23,840 nt of DNA from positions 1 to 23,840 of the forward strand of contig NW_021836507.1 of the NCBI RefSeq assembly GCF_006345805.1. Reading direction: 5' to 3'. The notes below the pieces were generated by a model. It saw only the letters and a list, made by a program, of their open reading frames with translations, had not been told where the DNA came from and made no database searches. The stretch comes from Octopus sinensis. Taxonomy: Eukaryota. The position numbers and the translations under genes are program-made. Numbering within the stretch: the first letter of the stretch is position 1; the number at the start of each line of letters is the position of its first letter. This document shows positions 19,406 through 23,840 of the stretch, piece by piece.

Positions 19406-19719
19406 GAACCAACGCCACTACATCTTCACACGCGTCACATCGTCGTTGTGACCCTAACAAAAGTATATTTCTATTTAGTATTTCAAAGTTGTTGGCGCTT
19501 TCTATGATGAGGTAGCAACAGTGTAGGTGAGTATATTTGCGTGTGTAAGTGTGTGTATAAGTGTGTGTATAAGTGAGTGTATAAGTGTGGATGGAGTTTA
19601 CATTTCCAGCACGTGTACATCACTTCATGTAGCCTATTTCTGCACATGTGCACATGTACTTTTAACATGATTGCCTGTAAACGTGCATCTCATTTTCTAT
19701 GCATCTATTGATCTGACCT

Positions 19720-19914
19720 AATTGCACACACACACACACACGCGCGTGCACATACACATATTCATAAACATATACACACACAAGCGTATTCATGCATACA
19801 TATATATATATATATACACAACTATCATCTATCTATCTATCTATCTATCTATCTGCCTATAAACTGCACAACACACACACAACACACACACACCACCACA
19901 CACACACACACACA

Positions 19915-19950
<36 letters not shown>
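19720..19950 (+). repeat. (CA)n/(TA)n/(TATC)n compound microsatellite
   Basis: Seen directly. Confidence 0.92.
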
Positions 19951-19954
<4 letters not shown>

Positions 19955-20078
19955 AGGGTAAATAATTATTAATTTCGAAATCAACAATTATTCCCTGGTA
20001 GATTTCGGTATGAAATATAAAACCATTATCGGTAGGAACCTTTTTCAAAAAGTTCTATACTATATATATAATGTTGTA

Positions 20079-20154
<76 letters not shown>

Positions 20155-20157
<3 letters not shown>

Positions 20158-20280
20158 AGGGAAGCAACAGGTTGCTTAGCCACATACCCGAAAAATTAGA
20201 AAGAAAACAGAAATAAGCGGTCTTGACTGCTATTTCTAATTTTTAGGTATGTGCCTAAGCAACCTGTTGCTTGCTCTTAT
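20155..20280. mobile_element. 126-bp foldback/MITE-like palindrome embedded in (TA)n
   Basis: 48-bp arms 20155-20202 and 20233-20280, about 90% complementary, with the 18-bp aagcaacaggttgcttag perfectly matched; 30-bp spacer. Confidence 0.85.
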
Positions 20281-20371
<91 letters not shown>

Positions 20372-20397
20372 TATACATATATTATACATACATATAC

Positions 20398-21630
20398 ATC
20401 CCGAGCGTTAAACTAATACCCTGCTATTTGTTCTTATACCTGTCTTAGTCTTTCGTCTTTCTGTAAAGCGTACCGGTCTCACGCCATTTCCGCTCCACCG
20501 GTCACTCCTTGCAACACCTATCTGTGTTCGGTTTGTCCTTACACAGAGGCCATCCGGATTCCCGTTTGCGCCGTGAACAGGATTTAATCTTCTCTCTTCG
20601 CTCTTATACGCCATTTGGTCTCAACTCTCTCCCCCTCCTCATCTCCCCCCTCTCCTCCCCCCTCCTCACCTATCCTTCCCCCCCGCCCTACTTCTTCAGT
20701 CTTCAGTCTTCCTCCTTCACCCCTACTCTTCCCTTCCCTTCTTCTCTCTTTCTCCCTCCCTCTTTTCCCCTTCCCTCCTCTGCTCCTCACTCCCTCTCTC
20801 CCTTCTCTCTCCCCCTCTCCCTCTTTCCTCCTCCTATCATCCCCCTCCTCACCTTCCTTCTCCCCATCGTCTCCTCTTCCTCCTTCTCCCTCTCCCTCTT
20901 CTTCCCCTCCCTTCTCCCCCCTCTTCTCCCTCCCCCTCTTCTCCCCCTCCCCCTCTTTTCTCCTCACTACACCCACATGACTTTACACATCACATACATA
21001 TGATGTGCCTACTAATACACACACCAACTAATACATACTAATACGATATACGTACTAATACATACTAGTACATACTAATACATACACACGTCCAGACCCC
21101 GCATACGCCTTATACTCTCTTATACACACAACACACACTTATACCTACCAATACGTACTAATACATACTAATACATACAACCAACCCCATACATACGCAC
21201 GTCCAGACCAATCCTACGCACTAATACTCTCATCAACACACACACCACACCCTTATACATACTAATACATACACCAACCCTATACATACACACATCCAGA
21301 CCCCTCCTACGCACTATTCTGTCCCTCACCCTTTTATCAACCCTATTATCTCCCCTTATTTTCGCTCTCGCGTCTCATGTTTGATCTTTGACCTCTGGCC
21401 GAAATCAGATCGCCATGTTGATTCGTTAGCTACTGCACGCATTTTTTTTCTCTCCTTCTTTCTGTGTTTTTTCTCTCTCTGTGTATCTTTCTGTTGAAGA
21501 GCGTAGGCTCGAAACGTTAAAGACTTGTTTTTTTATATTTTCCTGAGCGCCATACTAATACAATTGTTTCGTTTTGTTTTCCACCTGCCTTCGTCTTTTG
21601 TTTATTTTCATAAAGCTTGCTTCTCCGTTA
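20398..21630 (+). mobile_element. 5'-truncated Neptune-type Penelope-like element: partial pseudo-LTR, GIY-YIG C-terminus (20467-20630), pyrimidine-rich 3' UTR, terminal pseudo-LTR
   Basis: Frame from 20467: SVPVSRHFRSTGHSLQHLSVFGL...DSRLRREQDLIFSLRSYTPFGLN (HF...GH and E...I..L....P.GLN of PLE endonucleases); 20398-20465 (cccgagcgttaaactaatac...cgtcttt) repeats 21541-21600. Confidence 0.82.
21486..21523 (+). ncRNA. Minimal type I hammerhead-like motif in the pseudo-LTR (non-canonical core)
   Basis: tcttt-CTGTTGA-A-GAG cgtagg CTC-GAAAC-GT-T-aaaga: stem I tcttt/aaaga, stem II GAG/CTC, loopless palindromic ACGT stem III; core has T at the invariant A6. Confidence 0.65.
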
Positions 21631-21924
21631 TATATATATTATATATATATATGTATGTATGGTATGTATGTTTTTGTAATACAAATATGTATTGCACGTA
21701 TACATATACGCGCGAATATATATATGTACACACACATGCACGCGCTACACGGTGTTGAAAAGTAATCAATACAAATTTAGTTGATACCCAAAACACTTTT
21801 GTTGTCTCCATCTTGTTTTTGCTGTTATTACTGTGAAAGGCGACTCGCTGGCTAAATTGTGAGCGCGTAAGAAGTGTTTTGCGACGTCAATTCCGGCTCT
21901 GTACTTACTTGGTTCAAATGTATA

Positions 21925-22111
21925 TATTCTTGCATCTGTTTCAGTCATAGGTCTGTGGCCATGCTGGGGCAGTACTTTGATAAATTTGTGGCCAAACAAA
22001 TCGACTCAGTGCTTATTATTTTAAAATTCTAGTTTCTTTTGCCGCACCGTTAATTTACAGAGACGTAAACAAACCAATACCAGTTGTCAAGTAATTAGTG
22101 GTGGACAAGCA

Positions 22112-22190
<79 letters not shown>

Positions 22191-22345
22191 TACGTAGATA
22201 GATATATATACGATGGGCTTCTTTCAATTCCCATCTACGAAATTTACTCACAAAACTTCGGTCGACACGGAGCTATTATAGATGGCGCATGGCCAATGTG
22301 CCGCGCAGTGGGACTAAACCCTAAGACCGCCCATATGGTTCGGGT
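21925..22345 (-). mobile_element. SINE family A, diverged full-length copy with internal (CA)n
   Basis: tgtttcagtcatagg.ctgtggccatgctgggg...gacgtaaacaaacc...gatgggcttctttca...gtgccgcgcagtgggactaaacc. Confidence 0.85.
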
Positions 22346-22349
22346 ATAG

Positions 22350-22503
22350 GCTTCTCATTTTTTAAAATTTCGTTTTCTTTCTATTTTTTCTCCTCTCCGT
22401 CTTTTCTGTCGGAGAGCGTAGGATCGAAACTTGTCTATTCTTTCCGAGTCAAACTAATACACCGGCTTGTTTTTCCCTCACCTGTTTTCGTCTTTTGTTA
22501 TCT
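22350..22503 (+). mobile_element. Solo pseudo-LTR of the 20398-21630 family with a decayed hammerhead
   Basis: cttttctgtcggagagcgtaggatcgaaac...aaactaatacacc...ttcgtcttttgtt matches 21486-21605; followed by (TA)n. Confidence 0.75.
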
Positions 22504-22504
22504 A

Positions 22505-22514
22505 ATATATATAT

Positions 22515-22582
<68 letters not shown>

Positions 22583-22830
22583 ATATATATATATATATTA
22601 TATATATTATATATATATATATATATAATATATAATTTATATATTAATATATATATATATCTATATTTATATTAATACTATATATATATAGATTTATATA
22701 AGAATATATATATATTTATATATATATATCACCTTACTTGGAAATGGATTCGTGCCGTTCAATCAAATAATAATAATAATAATATATATATATATATATT
22801 ATATAGATATATATATATATATATTCATAC
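22505..22830 (+). repeat. Long degenerate (TA)n region
   Basis: Seen directly. Confidence 0.95.
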
Positions 22831-22879
22831 ATATTGCGCACATATAGGATACTTCCATTCCATCAGGAATGGACATTCT

Positions 22880-23252
22880 ATCTCTCTCTCTCTCTCTTTC
22901 TCTTCTCTTCAATGAAAATATTTCTTCCAGGCGTTTTGCTATTTTACCCTCGTTCTGGTCTAACGACCCTCCATGTTTTGTTTTCGTTCGGTTTCCTTGT
23001 ATGTCTCCACTGTCCTGTTTTTGTTCACAACTTTGACCCTCCATAAGTCTAAATTATTATTTGTGCACTTCCGAAGATTCATATTGTCGTTCATGCTCGA
23101 AATGAGGGAATAGATAGACAGCCGACATTACGAAGAGTCGTTCTTTGTGTTACTTGTCCGGTTTTCCATTTGTTTCTCTCGCTGTTTGCGCATTGAATAT
23201 ATTTGTATTCGTATTTCATGTGCTTACTGCTGGTGACGTCCTGTACCCATAT
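22880..23252 (-). mobile_element. Family E repeat, inverted relative to 7058-7360
   Basis: Ends gctggtgacgtcctgtaccc directly before (TA)n; reverse complement matches 7058-7355. Confidence 0.85.
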
Positions 23253-23840
23253 ATATATATATATATTAATATATACGATATATATTTAGAATATATAATA
23301 TATATATATATATATCTATTATATATAATATATATATTATATATATACAGTCTTTGAGATTCTATCAGTTATCCATGCAAATCTGCAGAGTATTATCAAG
23401 ATGAAAGAGGTTCTTATCATTCATTCATGTCTCCCCTCTTCATCCTCTCACGTATAGACGGACCCAGAGGCAACGTTCTAAGCATCTTTGTCATCCATGT
23501 TCGCTGTCACGTAATCCTTGCAATGTTTGCGCGTCGAAGCAGAACGCTTCTAGGAAGATATAAGACCCAGCGAAATTGCAGAAGACTTACAAATACATAT
23601 CTGTTCCAATTTTTTGTCGATGAGAGTCTCTATATGGTGACTCGACTAGCTAAAAGGAGCCGCTATATATCTTCCTCAAAATAACCTCACCACCTAAACA
23701 TTGTTCTCAACCGGGCCCATATGTCTTCTGAGGGTCCCTATAAGACTTTTGGGGCTCCATACACAAAATAGGGAATTGGGGCCGAAAAATTTTGCTTTAG
23801 GATGTATGAATTAGTGCGTATTCAAGAAAAAGTTAGGTTT

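Noticed and set aside
18764-19507. Long His-rich, Thr-rich (mucin-like) and Val/Gly-rich ORFs
   Set aside because: All frames on both strands are open because ACC/ACT repeats lack stops; no signal peptide, domain or convincing splice context.
20509-21003. 164-aa ORF as an intact gene
   Set aside because: Only the first about 40 codons are GIY-YIG C-terminus; the rest is read-through into a CT-rich tract.
21835-21905. Separate SINE family B head
   Set aside because: Similarity (ggcgactcgctggc...) is too degraded to support by eye.
23715-23800. hAT-like GGGCCC subterminal motifs near the window end
   Set aside because: No TIR or TSD identifiable within the window.

Overview
Repeat-saturated, AT-rich eukaryotic non-coding DNA (intergenic or intronic). 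The SINE types and the dense (TA)n/(CA)n/(TATC)n/trinucleotide tracts fit an octopod cephalopod best; this is from recall of Octopus repeats, not a search. I see no intact host gene, and most ORFs in the track are microsatellite artefacts. Decayed autonomous elements: an R4/Dong-like RT (about 2.5-4.25 kb, minus), a CR1-like RT 3' end (4.27-5.14 kb, minus), a Helitron helicase C-terminus (6.57-6.70 kb), a Tc1/mariner transposase N-terminus (9.45-10.0 kb), a near full-length Penelope-like element (RT + GIY-YIG, 12.4-15.4 kb, minus, probably Hydra clade), three 5'-truncated Tx1/L1-type copies each followed by (TATC)n (16.1-18.1 kb), and a Neptune-type Penelope remnant with partial pseudo-LTR (20.4-21.6 kb). 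Non-autonomous elements: about a dozen tRNA-derived SINE copies of 4-5 families, two MITE families, a foldback element and a tRNA-Asp pseudogene. The most interesting signals are the apparent (TATC)n-targeting Tx1 array, several hammerhead-ribozyme motifs (one well formed and antisense to the Penelope ORF, one family with a non-canonical core), and a telomere-repeat-carrying MITE with an 8-bp target-site duplication. Coordinates of decayed elements were read by eye and are approximate (tens of bp). Family and clade names come from motif recognition and need database confirmation.
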